Shown here: in pieces, positions 8,600 to 18,641 of the stretch
Numbering within the stretch: position 1 is the stretch's first letter
How the letters are laid out: each line of letters opens with the position of its first letter
NCBI GenBank assembly: GCA_037130945.1
Contig: JBAXSA010000001.1
Coordinates: forward strand, 1-34,103
Direction of reading: 5' to 3'
Source of the DNA: Pseudomonadota bacterium
Lineage (GTDB): Bacteria; Pseudomonadota; Gammaproteobacteria; Chromatiales; Chromatiaceae
Length of the DNA: 34,103 bases
The notes under the pieces: generated by a model
Told to the model about the DNA's origin: nothing
The model's input: only the letters and a program-made list of their open reading frames with translations
Database searches by the model: none
Position numbers and translations under genes: made by a program

Positions 8600-8665
8600 T
8601 CTGCGTCAAACACAAGGGGCGACCTGTTCGCGCCCTAGGGTGCGACAGGTCACCACATAGTAAAA

Positions 8666-9133
8666 TTACAGGCCGGTAGGATTGCCCTTGACCAGGTTGC
8701 CCGTGCCTTCAAAATCGCCTTGTTCGTCGTACCACATGACCGACTGGCCATTGATGACACCTGTCCAGCAACGGTTTTCGCTGGTATCGGCAATGCAAAC
8801 CTTGCCAGCCTTGTTGACCGACCAGATACCCTTGTCGCCTTCCGAATGGGCATAACGGCCATCGGCACCATAATACTCGGCACCCATCGATTTGCCGTCC
8901 TTGTAGAGCAGGGTGTTGCCGCTCAGCAGGGTCTTTAAGCTAGGGGCAGTGGCCTCCATAGGCGCGGCGGCCGCAGGAGCCGCAGCTACAGGGGCGGGTG
9001 TCGGCTCAGGGGCTTTTGCAGCAGGTGCTGAGGTTGCTGCGAGAGTGGCCGTCTCGGCTGCAAATGCGGGCGCGATCAGAAGTGCCGAACACATCACCGC
9101 AAAACCTGCGCACAAGGCCAAAGATTTATTCAT
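8666..9133 (-). CDS. Secreted hypothetical protein with an Ala/Pro-rich linker
   Basis: Signal peptide MNKSLALCAGFAVMCSALLIAPAFA, an AP-rich spacer, and a C-terminal domain of about 90 aa with two Cys. SD GAGG lies 7 nt upstream of ATG 9133. Confidence 0.6.
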   Translation of the reverse strand: MNKSLALCAGFAVMCSALLIAPAFAAETATLAATSAPAAKAPEPTPAPVAAAPAAAAPMEATAPSLKTLLSGNTLLYKDGKSMGAEYYGADGRYAHSEGDKGIWSVNKAGKVCIADTSENRCWTGVINGQSVMWYDEQGDFEGTGNLVKGNPTGL

Positions 9134-9262
9134 ACGTTTACCTCGATAAAAACAATCACGGGAGTTATAAAGGGGCGGCTATCCCAAATAGGTGCGCCGC
9201 ATCCTGCGTCCATTATGAATCTTAACGGGGGGTTAACCAAGAACCCCGTACACCCGTTACTT

Positions 9263-10579
9263 TCAATTCGATAGGATACGCACCAGGTTGCGAAAGTCCT
9301 CTGCCACCCTGGGATCCGAGGCCTTGAGTTCCTCGATCTTCCGGGTGGCATGTAACACCGTGGTATGGTCTCGTCCGCCAAAGGCCCTGCCAATTTCAGG
9401 CAAACTGCTGCTGGTCAATTGCCGGGCCAGGGTCATGGCAATTTGCCGAGGCCTGGCCACCGATCGCGCTCGGGTAGATTGATTGAGATCCCTGAGACGA
9501 ATGCCAAAATATTCGGCCACCACGCGCTGAATTTCATCAATATTGACGGTCTTGTCATGGGCCGCCACAGCGTCTCTCAGGCAATCACGGGCCAACTCGA
9601 TCGACAAGGGCTTGCCAAGAAATTTGGCACTGGCCGTCACGCGAATCAAGGCCCCTTCCAGAGCCCGGACGTGGGAACGAAAGCTTTTGCCAATGTAAAA
9701 GGCCACGTCATCAGGGAGATCCCAGCCCATCTGTGCCGCCTTGCTCTGTAAAATTGCTACCCGTGTTTCCAGCTCCGGCGGCTCGATTTCTACGGTCAAT
9801 CCCATGCCGAAACGGCTTTTCAAGCGATCATCGAGTTCCACGATTTCCTTGGGATAACGATCACTCGACAGCACAATCTGGCTATGAGAATCGAACAGGG
9901 CGTTGAAGGTATGAAAAAATTCCTCCTGGGTCGCTCCCTTGCCGGCGAAGAACTGAACGTCATCCACCAATAGGAGATCAAGCGACCGATATTTTTGATG
10001 GAATTCAGGCATGCGGTTGCCCCGGAGAAAACTCACCATTTCCTGGACGAATCCCTCGGCGTGGCGATAGAGAATCTTTTTTCCGGGGTGCTGTTCTTCC
10101 AGGCGATTGCCAATAGCATGCATCAGGTGGGTTTTTCCAAGACCCGTGGATCCGTAGATAAACAAGGGATTCGTTGGCCCGCCGGGTGCCTCGGCGACCT
10201 GTTCCGCGCCGGCTTTAGCAAAACGGTTGGATTTGCCCTCGACAAAATTTTCAAACCGGTAAAACCCTTTGAGGGCATGATTCTGAGTCAGCGTCGGAGC
10301 CAGCCCGAATTCGTGATGGCGGGGGGCTGGCACAGCACTGTCGGTATGACCCAGCCGCAAGATGACGTTCTTGATATTGCCCTCGGAAAGTTCCCGGACG
10401 ATCTCACGAATCTCTGTGCCAAATGATTGATGGACGCGATCCAGCACATGCTCGTTGGGACATAGAATTACTAGGAGATCCTCTTGGATTTTGGTTTCGA
10501 CGGAGCTTAACCAAAGGTTAACCTCCTGACTGGGAAACCTGGTTTCCAAGGTTTGAACGACATCAGGCCAGCGCACCAA
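9263..10579 (-). CDS. dnaA: Chromosomal replication initiator DnaA (full length, domains I-IV)
   Basis: Walker A GSTGLGKTHL, Walker B LLLVDDVQF, SSDRYPKEI, RLKSRFGMGL and PPELETRVAIL. Domain IV has GGRDHTTVLHA. The ORF track starts at ATG 10627 and overlaps truA. A strong SD, GGGAGG (10586-10591), precedes TTG 10579 and GTG 10576, so the real start is probably one of those. Confidence 0.85.
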   Translation of the reverse strand: MVRWPDVVQTLETRFPSQEVNLWLSSVETKIQEDLLVILCPNEHVLDRVHQSFGTEIREIVRELSEGNIKNVILRLGHTDSAVPAPRHHEFGLAPTLTQNHALKGFYRFENFVEGKSNRFAKAGAEQVAEAPGGPTNPLFIYGSTGLGKTHLMHAIGNRLEEQHPGKKILYRHAEGFVQEMVSFLRGNRMPEFHQKYRSLDLLLVDDVQFFAGKGATQEEFFHTFNALFDSHSQIVLSSDRYPKEIVELDDRLKSRFGMGLTVEIEPPELETRVAILQSKAAQMGWDLPDDVAFYIGKSFRSHVRALEGALIRVTASAKFLGKPLSIELARDCLRDAVAAHDKTVNIDEIQRVVAEYFGIRLRDLNQSTRARSVARPRQIAMTLARQLTSSSLPEIGRAFGGRDHTTVLHATRKIEELKASDPRVAEDFRNLVRILSN

Positions 10580-10617
10580 TCCAAACCTCCCGATTGCTCT
10601 TGATTCTTGCGGCCGTT

Positions 10618-11409
10618 TCAAGGCCATTCGCTACAGGTTGACAGACCCGCCAGCCCCAATCCTTCAGGGTAATCCACCCCCGCAAAATAGAGTCCCCAAG
10701 GCGCGGCAGTGACATCGCCCTGGGTGCGATCCCGGTATGTCAAAAGCTCCGCTGCCCACTCCGGGGGGTAGTCACCCTGACCAATGGCGATCAGCACCCC
10801 AGCGATATTACGAACCATGTGATGAAGAAAGCCGTTGGCACCAATCGACAATATTACCCGATTCCCTTGCCGGATGACTCGCAGATAATGGATCGTGCGA
10901 ATCGGGCTGCGGGCCTGACAGCTGAGTGCCCGGTAAGAAGAAAAGTCCTGTTCGCCCACCAGAAACTGGCCGGCGGCCTGCATCCGTTCGGCGTCGAGGG
11001 GGTGGTGAACCCAGACCCACCGGTGACGATCCAGACCCGAACGGACGGAACGATTGAGAATGCCATATCGATAATGGCGTGCCACGGCACTGAAGCGGGC
11101 ATGAAAATCTCCGGTCACGGAGCGCGCCCACAAAAGATTGACGCCGGGTGGCAGATTGGCATTACCGCCCAGCACCCAGGCCCGATCAGAACGGTCGGCG
11201 GAGGTGTCAAAATGCGCTACCTGGCACAACGCATGAACCCCCGTGTCGGTGCGGCCGGCACAATGGAGTATGACCGGGTGGTTGGCCACCCGGCTTACCG
11301 CTGCGGTCATACAGGCCTGGACGGTGGCTACGTCAGGTGTTTGGGCCTGCCAGCCGTGAAAACCCGTGCCATCATATTCAATACCCAGGGCAACCCGTAG
11401 GGTTTTCAC
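10618..11409 (-). CDS. truA: tRNA pseudouridine(38-40) synthase
   Basis: LGIEYDGTGFHGWQAQ and the catalytic GRTDTGVHA motif. It lies directly downstream of fimV, as in pseudomonads. Confidence 0.9.
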   Translation of the reverse strand: MKTLRVALGIEYDGTGFHGWQAQTPDVATVQACMTAAVSRVANHPVILHCAGRTDTGVHALCQVAHFDTSADRSDRAWVLGGNANLPPGVNLLWARSVTGDFHARFSAVARHYRYGILNRSVRSGLDRHRWVWVHHPLDAERMQAAGQFLVGEQDFSSYRALSCQARSPIRTIHYLRVIRQGNRVILSIGANGFLHHMVRNIAGVLIAIGQGDYPPEWAAELLTYRDRTQGDVTAAPWGLYFAGVDYPEGLGLAGLSTCSEWP

Positions 11410-11445
11410 ATCACATCACATCACCAGAACATCTGACCGTTCTAG

Positions 11446-14049
11446 TTAGGTAATTTTGGCAAGAATCGACTGGGCATCCGATTTTTGCTGGGCACTGCCA
11501 CCCCGCAAGACTTCCTCCAGCAACTCCCGAGCACCCTCCGGATCATCCATTTCCAAGTAGGCACGGGCCAGATCCAGCTTGGTGGAGATATCGTCAAATC
11601 CCGCGTCCCCTCTGGATTCGTCTTCAACGTTGACCACGGCAACGTCATCCTGGGCAGATTCCAGATCATCGAGGGAATAACTGGAGGGAAGGGATGATTT
11701 GGGCTCTGGTTCGCTCAACAAAAGATCCAGATCCAGATCGTCACTTAGGATGTCGGCGACTGGCGACGACGTCTTGGCAGCGGGGGTCGCGGCGGTTAAA
11801 TCCGTATCCAATTCCACATCAAGGTGATCCAGATCGAGATGACCCAGATCAAGATCCCCAAGATCCAGCGAGTCCTCGTCAACGGGTGCCGAAAAAGGCC
11901 GTGACGGAGATGATGCGGGGACAGTGGCCGGGCTTAAACCCTCTAACTCCTTGTTGAGATCCGAGAGATCCGAGAGATCCAGATCGCCCATATCCTTGTT
12001 GATATCCGAGAGATCCAGATCGCCCATGTCAATATCACCCATCAGGGTGGTGGGTGTCTCGGAAGGGGTATACCGCGCCCCGCTATCGAGACCAAGACCC
12101 AGATGTGCGGCATCGGCTTGCTTGGCGGGTACCTCGGGAGAGGTCTTGCCACCGAACAACAGATTATTGGGATCCAGCTCCCGGCCCAAAGCCTGAACCC
12201 GCGCCCATGAATCGGGCCGCTCCTGAGGAAGACCACTGTCCGATAACGATTCCGCCAGTTCGGTGAACGCCTTGACGTTACGCGACTTGGTGGCATAGAT
12301 GTCGAGCAGCTTTTCCTTGATGGGAAAGCGATCAGGAAAACGCTGGATGGCTTGTTTAAGAATATCCTCGGCTTGCTGATAGCGGCCATAGGCCACATAG
12401 ACATCGGCTTCATTGATGGGATCCACTTCACTGGTGTCATCCATGAGGGCCGAATCGGTCGAGCTTCTGCTGTCGAAGCCTTGCAGGAACGAACTGTCCC
12501 TGGAGGCGGTATCGGTATCGGGAGATCCGCTCAGGGGTTCCAACGGCAGGGTACCGGACGCAAAATTCTCGGGAGGCAACGGTTCTTCTGTCGTGGATTC
12601 CCATGAATCGCTGGCTTCGTCGGCCACGGATTCCTTGCGGCGCTTCCAAACCCAAAACCCCACCACCAGACCCGCCAAGCCCAGGAAGACCACCACAAAA
12701 TTATCCAGAATCCAGGCCAGGAGTTCGAGAATCAGGTTGACCGGGGTGGTTATAAGCGATTCATACCAGGCTGGCTCAGGCACTGGCGGTGCCTGTTCCG
12801 TCATAGGCACAGCGGGCGCTTGGGGTGGCGGTTCCGCGAGCGGTGCTGGCGGGGTCTCCGGAACCTGAACGGGGGGAGGGGGTGGCGGCACTGACGGGGC
12901 CACTGCGGCTTCACTAGGGGATGAGGCCGACGGTACCTCAACGGCAGGCCCAGGCGGGCTGGTGGGTAAGATAGCTGGAATCGATAGGACTTCGGGAAAC
13001 TGAGCCACTACCGGAGGGGTGACCGCGACCGGTGCTGCGGGAGGAGTGACTGGCGTTGCCGAAGTGACCGCAACCGGCGGTGTTTCCACGGGCACAGACC
13101 GAGATTGCTGACGAGACAAATCGGCAACACGGACCTCCAAGTCCCTGATACGGGTTTTTAACTCGTTGTTCTCTCGGTGCAAGGCGACCAGTTCTTCCGA
13201 TACCACCCCCAAACCGGGTTGAGCCGTTTGACTGGGTTTACCACGGACTTGATCCATCATGGCCGCCACGGCGACGGGGCTGGGCTCGGCGGGATGCGAT
13301 GGCTTGGGCTGAGACAGCGAGGCACCAATGGGAAGCGCTAGGTGGGAAGGAGCCCGGCGGGCCGTGGTATAATCCGCGTAGGCATCTTGGGACGAACGCT
13401 CGAAAGCGGCCTGTGGCCCTGGCAACCGGAGCTTGCTGTCAACCCGCAGCCGGTTGATATTGCCTTTCACGAAGGCATCCGGGTTGTATTGCCACAAGGC
13501 CATGGCCACCTGATACGGGGTAGCGCCGCGAATGGCCGCACGGCGGACAATACTCCAGAGGGTATCGACGGCACGAACCGGCCCGTACTCAAAGGGTTCT
13601 TCTGCGCCTCTGGCAGCCTCTCTGGTGACGGATGGCAGACGGCTCGGAGGTGGCGGTGGCGGATCCAGAAGCACGGTATAGCCCTTGACGACCCGTCCCT
13701 GCGGCCAGGCCACTTCCACCAGAAAATCCAGATAGACCTCGCGAATCGGGTCACTGCTCTTGATACTGAGAACCGGCCGCCCAGCGGGGTTTTTCCTCGG
13801 GGTAAAAATCAGCTGGGTTAGAATATAGCTGCGTTCCACTCCAGCCTGCGAGAAAACCTTCTCCTCGGGAATCTTGGCATTAAGATCCTCCAGACTAAAG
13901 TTATCTTCTAACGATTGCAGATCTATTTCCGCGTTAAATGGCTGGTTCAGGGCCGAGTTGACACGGATGTCCCCCAAACCCAGGGCTTGGGCCGACAAGG
14001 GCACCAGAGCCGCAGAAACAGCCAATACCAGGGATAGTCTTCGGTACAT
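11446..14049 (-). CDS. fimV: FimV-like peptidoglycan-binding pilus/polar-assembly protein
   Basis: Signal peptide plus LGLGDIRVNSALNQPFNAEIDL. There is a LysM-like segment (DTLWSIV...YQVAMALWQYNPDAF), a coiled coil, a Pro-rich spacer and one TM segment. The cytoplasmic region is acidic and repetitive, and the C-terminus carries TPR/FimV_Cterm (LDLARAYLEMDDPEGARELLEEVL). Confidence 0.85.
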   Translation of the reverse strand: MYRRLSLVLAVSAALVPLSAQALGLGDIRVNSALNQPFNAEIDLQSLEDNFSLEDLNAKIPEEKVFSQAGVERSYILTQLIFTPRKNPAGRPVLSIKSSDPIREVYLDFLVEVAWPQGRVVKGYTVLLDPPPPPPSRLPSVTREAARGAEEPFEYGPVRAVDTLWSIVRRAAIRGATPYQVAMALWQYNPDAFVKGNINRLRVDSKLRLPGPQAAFERSSQDAYADYTTARRAPSHLALPIGASLSQPKPSHPAEPSPVAVAAMMDQVRGKPSQTAQPGLGVVSEELVALHRENNELKTRIRDLEVRVADLSRQQSRSVPVETPPVAVTSATPVTPPAAPVAVTPPVVAQFPEVLSIPAILPTSPPGPAVEVPSASSPSEAAVAPSVPPPPPPVQVPETPPAPLAEPPPQAPAVPMTEQAPPVPEPAWYESLITTPVNLILELLAWILDNFVVVFLGLAGLVVGFWVWKRRKESVADEASDSWESTTEEPLPPENFASGTLPLEPLSGSPDTDTASRDSSFLQGFDSRSSTDSALMDDTSEVDPINEADVYVAYGRYQQAEDILKQAIQRFPDRFPIKEKLLDIYATKSRNVKAFTELAESLSDSGLPQERPDSWARVQALGRELDPNNLLFGGKTSPEVPAKQADAAHLGLGLDSGARYTPSETPTTLMGDIDMGDLDLSDINKDMGDLDLSDLSDLNKELEGLSPATVPASSPSRPFSAPVDEDSLDLGDLDLGHLDLDHLDVELDTDLTAATPAAKTSSPVADILSDDLDLDLLLSEPEPKSSLPSSYSLDDLESAQDDVAVVNVEDESRGDAGFDDISTKLDLARAYLEMDDPEGARELLEEVLRGGSAQQKSDAQSILAKIT
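11951..12027 (-). repeat. Internal in-frame tandem repeat within fimV (acidic DLDLSD units)
   Basis: The 24-mer ATCCGAGAGATCCAGATCGCCCAT occurs at 11968-11991 and again at 12004-12027. The first copy is preceded by an extra 9-nt CCGAGAGAT unit. The repeats encode MGDLDLSD(LSD)LNKE and MGDLDLSDINKD. Confidence 0.8.
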
Positions 14050-14293
14050 GATTTCTCCTTAAGCCTTGCGACCCCGATCCGTCGCCCAAACGTAGCCTTA
14101 AGAAACGGCGTGAATTTTGTCGCCTAACTATAGCTTACAAATAGCATTTTACATAAGTGGTTCGGAGATAAAAGGGGTGTTGTCCAAGGCCACTCCCAAG
14201 CAATTACGAATGCGATGGGATTTCTTCAAACCCTGGGGCATTTTCCAGGATAATAGCGTTTTCCCTGTTGCATCTTTGGATTGTGTTCTTGTC

Positions 14294-15256
14294 ATGCAGG
14301 TCATCCGCGGCCTTCACAACCTTCGCCCCCTTCATCGCGGGTGTGTCGCCACCCTCGGCAACTTTGATGGCGTTCATCTGGGCCATCAGGCGTTGTTTCG
14401 CCATTTGCTGGCTTGCGGTGAGGCTCTGGCGTTGCCAAGCCTGGTCATCACCTTCGAGCCCCAACCCCTGGAGTTTCTCGCCCCGGCGTCGGCCCCTTCA
14501 CGGCTCACCCGGTTGCGGGAGAAGGTCGCGGCCATCGCCGAGACCCGCATTGACCGCCTGTTGGTGTTGCTCTTTGGGCAACGCTGGGCAGACATGGAGG
14601 CCGAGATCTTCGTCGAATTATTGCTCGTCGAGGCCTTGGGGGTTCGTTTACTCTTGGTGGGTGACGACTTCCGTTTTGGCCGGGGACGGCGTGGTGATGT
14701 CGCCCTCCTGAAAGATCTGGGAATGCGTCATGGTTTTGCCGTGGAGAGACTGTCGACACTCACCTGTGGCAGCCGGCGGATCAGCAGCACCCGTGTCCGC
14801 GAGGCCCTGACGGAGGGACGTCTGCAGGATGCGGCGGATTGTCTGGGACGCCTCTACCGCATTTGCGGCCGGGTGGTTCATGGCCACCAGCGGGGACGGC
14901 TGCTGGGATTTCCCACCGCCAATCTCAATCTCCATCGCCGGGCAAGTCCCTTACACGGGGTTTTTGCGGTGTGGGTTCATGGGCTCGGCACACCCCGGCC
15001 AGGGATCGCCAATCTGGGCCACCATCCCACCATCGATACCATTCCCAAGGCCCTTTTGGAGGTGCATCTTCTGAATTTCTCGGGTGACCTGTACGGCACG
15101 CATCTGGCGGTGGAATTCTTCGCCAAGCTGAGGGACGAACGTCGTTTCCCGTCGCTCGAAGCGCTTCAGCAACAGATTGCCGCCGATGCCGCAGCCGCCC
15201 GGCCCCTTTTTTTACTACCCCTCCTCACGTTTGATCCTCTCACTACCCACTGTTAA
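14294..15256 (+). CDS. ribF: Bifunctional riboflavin kinase / FMN adenylyltransferase
   Basis: MQVIRGLHNL...GNFDGVHLGHQAL matches the canonical RibF N-terminus. The portion of the ORF track upstream of ATG 14294 is a spurious extension. The C-terminal kinase motif is GFPTANL...LEVHLL. Confidence 0.9.
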   Translation: MQVIRGLHNLRPLHRGCVATLGNFDGVHLGHQALFRHLLACGEALALPSLVITFEPQPLEFLAPASAPSRLTRLREKVAAIAETRIDRLLVLLFGQRWADMEAEIFVELLLVEALGVRLLLVGDDFRFGRGRRGDVALLKDLGMRHGFAVERLSTLTCGSRRISSTRVREALTEGRLQDAADCLGRLYRICGRVVHGHQRGRLLGFPTANLNLHRRASPLHGVFAVWVHGLGTPRPGIANLGHHPTIDTIPKALLEVHLLNFSGDLYGTHLAVEFFAKLRDERRFPSLEALQQQIAADAAAARPLFLLPLLTFDPLTTHC

Positions 15257-15268
15257 GGAATCACTGCG

Positions 15269-18097
15269 GTGACCGATTACAAAGATACCCTGAATCTTCC
15301 CAAGACCAATTTCCCCATGAAGGCCGATCTGGCCCAACGGGAACCCCTGCTTCTGCAGCACTGGGAGTCCCTCGAACTGTACCGGAAGATTCGCGAGACC
15401 TGCCAGGGCCGTCCCCGCTTCGTACTCCATGATGGCCCTCCCTATGCCAATGGCGAGATCCATATGGGTCACGCGGTCAACAAGGTACTCAAGGACATCA
15501 TCGTCAAAAGCCAGACCCTCGATGGCTTTGACGCGCCCTATGTGCCAGGTTGGGATTGCCACGGCCTGCCGATCGAGCTGCAAGTCGAGCGTCAGGTCGG
15601 CAAACCCGGGCTCAAGGTGAGCCCCGCCCAATTCCGCCGCGCCTGCCGGGAATATGCGGGCACCCAGGTCGAGACCCAGCGCCGCGATTTCCAGCGTTTG
15701 GGCGTCATCGGCGATTGGGCACGGCCCTATCTCACGATGGCTTTCACGATTGAAGCGGACATCATCCGGGCGTTCGGCGGCATCCTCGCCAATGGCCATA
15801 TCCACAGGGGGTTTAAGCCCGTCCACTGGTGTACCGATTGCGCTTCCGCACTGGCTGAGGCGGAGGTGGAATACCGCGACAAGGAATCCTGCGCGATTGA
15901 CGTGCGCTTCCCGGTTCTGGACGCCCAGGCCCTGATGACCCGTTGTCATCACCTGCCGGACGGCCTTGGGGAAGGGCCGATGGCCGTGGCGATCTGGACT
16001 ACCACCCCCTGGACTCTGCCCGCCAATCAGGCGGTGGCGCTGAATGGGGAACTCGAGTATGCCGTGGTGCAATGCGAGGGGCCCCAGGGACAGGAACGGC
16101 TGGTGGTCGCCGAAGGTTTGCTCAAGGACACCATGGATCGCTGGGGTATCGAGAGCTATCGGGTGGTGGGCTATGCCCAGGGAAAAGCCTTCGAGGGACT
16201 CAAACTCCAACATCCTTTCTATGACCGGGAGGTACCGGTGATTCTTGGCGAACATGTGACCCTGGAAGCCGGTACTGGCGCGGTGCATACCGCCCCCGGG
16301 CATGGCGTGGAAGATTATCTGATAGGCCAGCGGTACCACCTGGCAGTAGATAACCCGGTGGGAGCGGATGGCCGTTTCGTGGAAGGCACGCCGCTTTTCG
16401 CGGGCCAACATGTCTGGATCGCCAACGAGCCGGTCATCACCCTGCTCAAGGCCCGTGGCCAGTTGCTCCATGAGGCCCGGATTCGTCATAGCTATCCCCA
16501 CTGCTGGCGTCACAAGACTCCCATCATCTTTCGCGCCACCCAGCAATGGTTTATCGGCATGAAGGAACGGGGATTGCAGCAGGCGGCATTACGCGAGATC
16601 GAGAAGGTACGGTGGCTACCGGATTGGGGACAGGCACGCATCACCAGCATGGTGGCGGAACGGCCGGACTGGTGCATTTCCCGGCAACGCACCTGGGGGG
16701 TGCCACTGGCGCTCTTTACCCACATCAAGACCGGCCATCTCCATCCCGATACGCCGCACCTGATCGAGGCTGTGGCCCAGCGGGTCGAGCGGGAGGGCAT
16801 CGAGGCCTGGTTCAACCTGGAGGTCTCGGAGCTGCTTGGCGAGGAAGCCGATTATTACGAAAAGGCCCGGGACACCCTGGATGTCTGGTTCGATTCCGGG
16901 GTGACACACGCCAGTGTGCTGGCCCGCCGCCCCGAGCTGGGGACGCCGGCGGATCTCTATCTGGAAGGCTCCGATCAGCATCGGGGATGGTTCCAGTCCT
17001 CCCTGTTGTCGTCCGTGGCCCTGACCGGCCGGGCGCCCTACCGGGGGGTGCTGACCCATGGTTTCACGGTCGATGACAAGGGCCGCAAGATGTCAAAATC
17101 CCTGGGCAATGTGGTGGCGCCCCAAGCGGTGATCAAACGGCTCGGTGCCGACATCATCCGGTTGTGGGTGGCGGCGACGGATTACCGCAGCGAGATGAGC
17201 GTCTCCGACGAGATTCTCAAACGCACTGCTGACGCCTACCGTCGCATTCGCAACACCAACCGATTTCTGTTGGCCAATCTGCACGGGTTTGATCCCGCCA
17301 CCGACGCCTTGCCCGTCACGGCGTTGCTGGCGCTGGATCGCTGGATTTTGGATCGGACGGCCCAGTTGCAAGCCGAGATCCTGGCCGCTTATAGGGATTT
17401 TCAGTTTCATCTGATCTACCAGAAGATTCACAACTTTTGCGTCAATGACCTCGGCAGCCTCTATCTGGATATTATCAAGGATCGCCAATACACCACGCGC
17501 CAGGACAGCCGCTCCCGGCGCTCCTGCCAGACCGCCCTGTACCACATCGCCGAGGCCATGGTGCGTTGGCTCTCGCCGATTCTGAGTTTTACCGCCGAAG
17601 AGATCTGGCGTCATCTGCCCGGGCAACGGGCCGAATCGGTCTTTTTGACCACCTGGTGGGAAGGTCTCCAGTCTCTGGATCCGGATGACCCGATGAACCC
17701 CGGGTTTTGGGAAGATTGTCTCAGGGTGCGGGGGGCCGTGGCCAAGGAATTGGAGCGGCTGCGTATGGAGGGCGGCATCGGTTCGGGACTGGATGCCCAC
17801 GTCGAAATCCATGGCGAGGAGGCCCTATTGGCCCCACTAAGACGTCTGGGAGATGAACTTCGCTTCTTTCTGATCACCTCTTACGCCACCCTTCATCCGG
17901 CCGTGACCTGTCCGCCCGAGACCGCTACCACGGGTTTGCCGGGCCTTTGGTTGCGTGTCATGCCGGTGACGCATGGCAAATGTGTGCGGTGTTGGCACCG
18001 CCGGGAAGAGGTCGGCGGGAATCCATGGCATCTCGAACTGTGCGGACGCTGTGTGGAAAACATCGAAGGGCCGGGTGAAGATCGGCAATTTGTATAA
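15269..18097 (+). CDS. ileS: Isoleucyl-tRNA synthetase
   Basis: GTG start with [12 protein letters not shown], matching E. coli SDYKSTLNLPET. HMGH (HIGH) and KMSKS motifs are present, with a C-terminal CxxC...CxxC zinc finger. Length is 942 aa. Confidence 0.95.
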   Translation: MTDYKDTLNLPKTNFPMKADLAQREPLLLQHWESLELYRKIRETCQGRPRFVLHDGPPYANGEIHMGHAVNKVLKDIIVKSQTLDGFDAPYVPGWDCHGLPIELQVERQVGKPGLKVSPAQFRRACREYAGTQVETQRRDFQRLGVIGDWARPYLTMAFTIEADIIRAFGGILANGHIHRGFKPVHWCTDCASALAEAEVEYRDKESCAIDVRFPVLDAQALMTRCHHLPDGLGEGPMAVAIWTTTPWTLPANQAVALNGELEYAVVQCEGPQGQERLVVAEGLLKDTMDRWGIESYRVVGYAQGKAFEGLKLQHPFYDREVPVILGEHVTLEAGTGAVHTAPGHGVEDYLIGQRYHLAVDNPVGADGRFVEGTPLFAGQHVWIANEPVITLLKARGQLLHEARIRHSYPHCWRHKTPIIFRATQQWFIGMKERGLQQAALREIEKVRWLPDWGQARITSMVAERPDWCISRQRTWGVPLALFTHIKTGHLHPDTPHLIEAVAQRVEREGIEAWFNLEVSELLGEEADYYEKARDTLDVWFDSGVTHASVLARRPELGTPADLYLEGSDQHRGWFQSSLLSSVALTGRAPYRGVLTHGFTVDDKGRKMSKSLGNVVAPQAVIKRLGADIIRLWVAATDYRSEMSVSDEILKRTADAYRRIRNTNRFLLANLHGFDPATDALPVTALLALDRWILDRTAQLQAEILAAYRDFQFHLIYQKIHNFCVNDLGSLYLDIIKDRQYTTRQDSRSRRSCQTALYHIAEAMVRWLSPILSFTAEEIWRHLPGQRAESVFLTTWWEGLQSLDPDDPMNPGFWEDCLRVRGAVAKELERLRMEGGIGSGLDAHVEIHGEEALLAPLRRLGDELRFFLITSYATLHPAVTCPPETATTGLPGLWLRVMPVTHGKCVRCWHRREEVGGNPWHLELCGRCVENIEGPGEDRQFV

Positions 18098-18100
18098 GCC

Positions 18101-18577
18101 ATGCTAGCTATAACGACATTTCGCTGGTTCGCGATCTCTGCGGTTTTGATATGGCTCGACCAGACCACCAAATGGCTGGCGGAGTTTTTTCTGGAGCCCT
18201 ACCAACCGCTGCCGGTTTGGCCCTCTTTCAATCTGACCCTGATGTATAACCAAGGGGCGGCCTTTAGCTTTCTGGCCGATGCGGGAGGATGGCAGCGCTG
18301 GTTTTTTATGGCGCTGTCCCTGGGGGTCTCGGGGACGCTAACTCTGTGGTTGTGGCGGCTACCGCCCCGGCATCCCGTGGAGGCCACCGGTCTTTCTTTC
18401 GTGATCGCCGGGGCGGTGGGAAATCTCATCGACCGGGCGCTGTTTGGGCACGTCATAGACTTCATCCAGATCTATTACCAACACTGGTACTTTCCGGCCT
18501 TCAATGTCGCCGATTCGGCAATTACCCTGGGGGTAGGGCTGTTGTTGCTCGATGCCGTGCGACGAACCCCGGAGTAA
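18101..18577 (+). CDS. lspA: Lipoprotein signal peptidase (signal peptidase II)
   Basis: NQGAAFSFL, VGNLIDR and FNVADSAITLG motifs. It starts 3 nt after ileS. Confidence 0.9.
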   Translation: MLAITTFRWFAISAVLIWLDQTTKWLAEFFLEPYQPLPVWPSFNLTLMYNQGAAFSFLADAGGWQRWFFMALSLGVSGTLTLWLWRLPPRHPVEATGLSFVIAGAVGNLIDRALFGHVIDFIQIYYQHWYFPAFNVADSAITLGVGLLLLDAVRRTPE

Positions 18578-18641
18578 CCCCTGACCTCTCCTCCCGCAGG
18601 TATAATAGGGGCATCCCGAACCCCTCACGAGACCCCGCAAA

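Noticed and set aside
9205-9232. Hairpin GGGGTT-N7-AACCCC downstream of the dnaA stop as a terminator
   Set aside because: The stem is only 6 bp and has no U-tract on the minus strand, which is too weak to annotate.
8600-10627. Possible oriC / DnaA-box cluster near dnaA
   Set aside because: The intergenic segments flanking dnaA (8600-8665, 9134-9262, 10580-10617) contain no TTATCCACA-like boxes or AT-rich 13-mer unwinding element that I could find. Only scattered 8/9 matches occur, all inside distant coding regions.
10819-11400. 193-aa plus-strand ORF opposite truA
   Set aside because: truA on the minus strand has the GRTDTGVHA catalytic motif, so this is a shadow frame.
14117-14293. N-terminal 59-codon extension of ribF in the ORF track
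   Set aside because: The canonical RibF N-terminus (MQVIRGLHNL...GNFDGVHLGH) begins at ATG 14294. The upstream part is AT-rich promoter-like sequence read from a non-ATG start. Similar extensions were trimmed for sppA (2440 to 2347), dsbA (20736 to 20616), sspB (22112 to 22220), moeB (19141 to 19177) and rpe (20815 to 20827).
15215-16546. 443-aa ORF antisense to ileS
   Set aside because: It lies entirely inside the well-supported ileS frame. The protein is low-complexity and Gly/Ala/Pro/Arg-rich, as expected for antisense frames of high-GC genes. I see no SD or recognisable motif.
17093-17812. 239-aa ORF antisense to the 3' part of ileS
   Set aside because: Same reasoning: it is an antisense shadow ORF in a high-GC coding region, with no family motifs.
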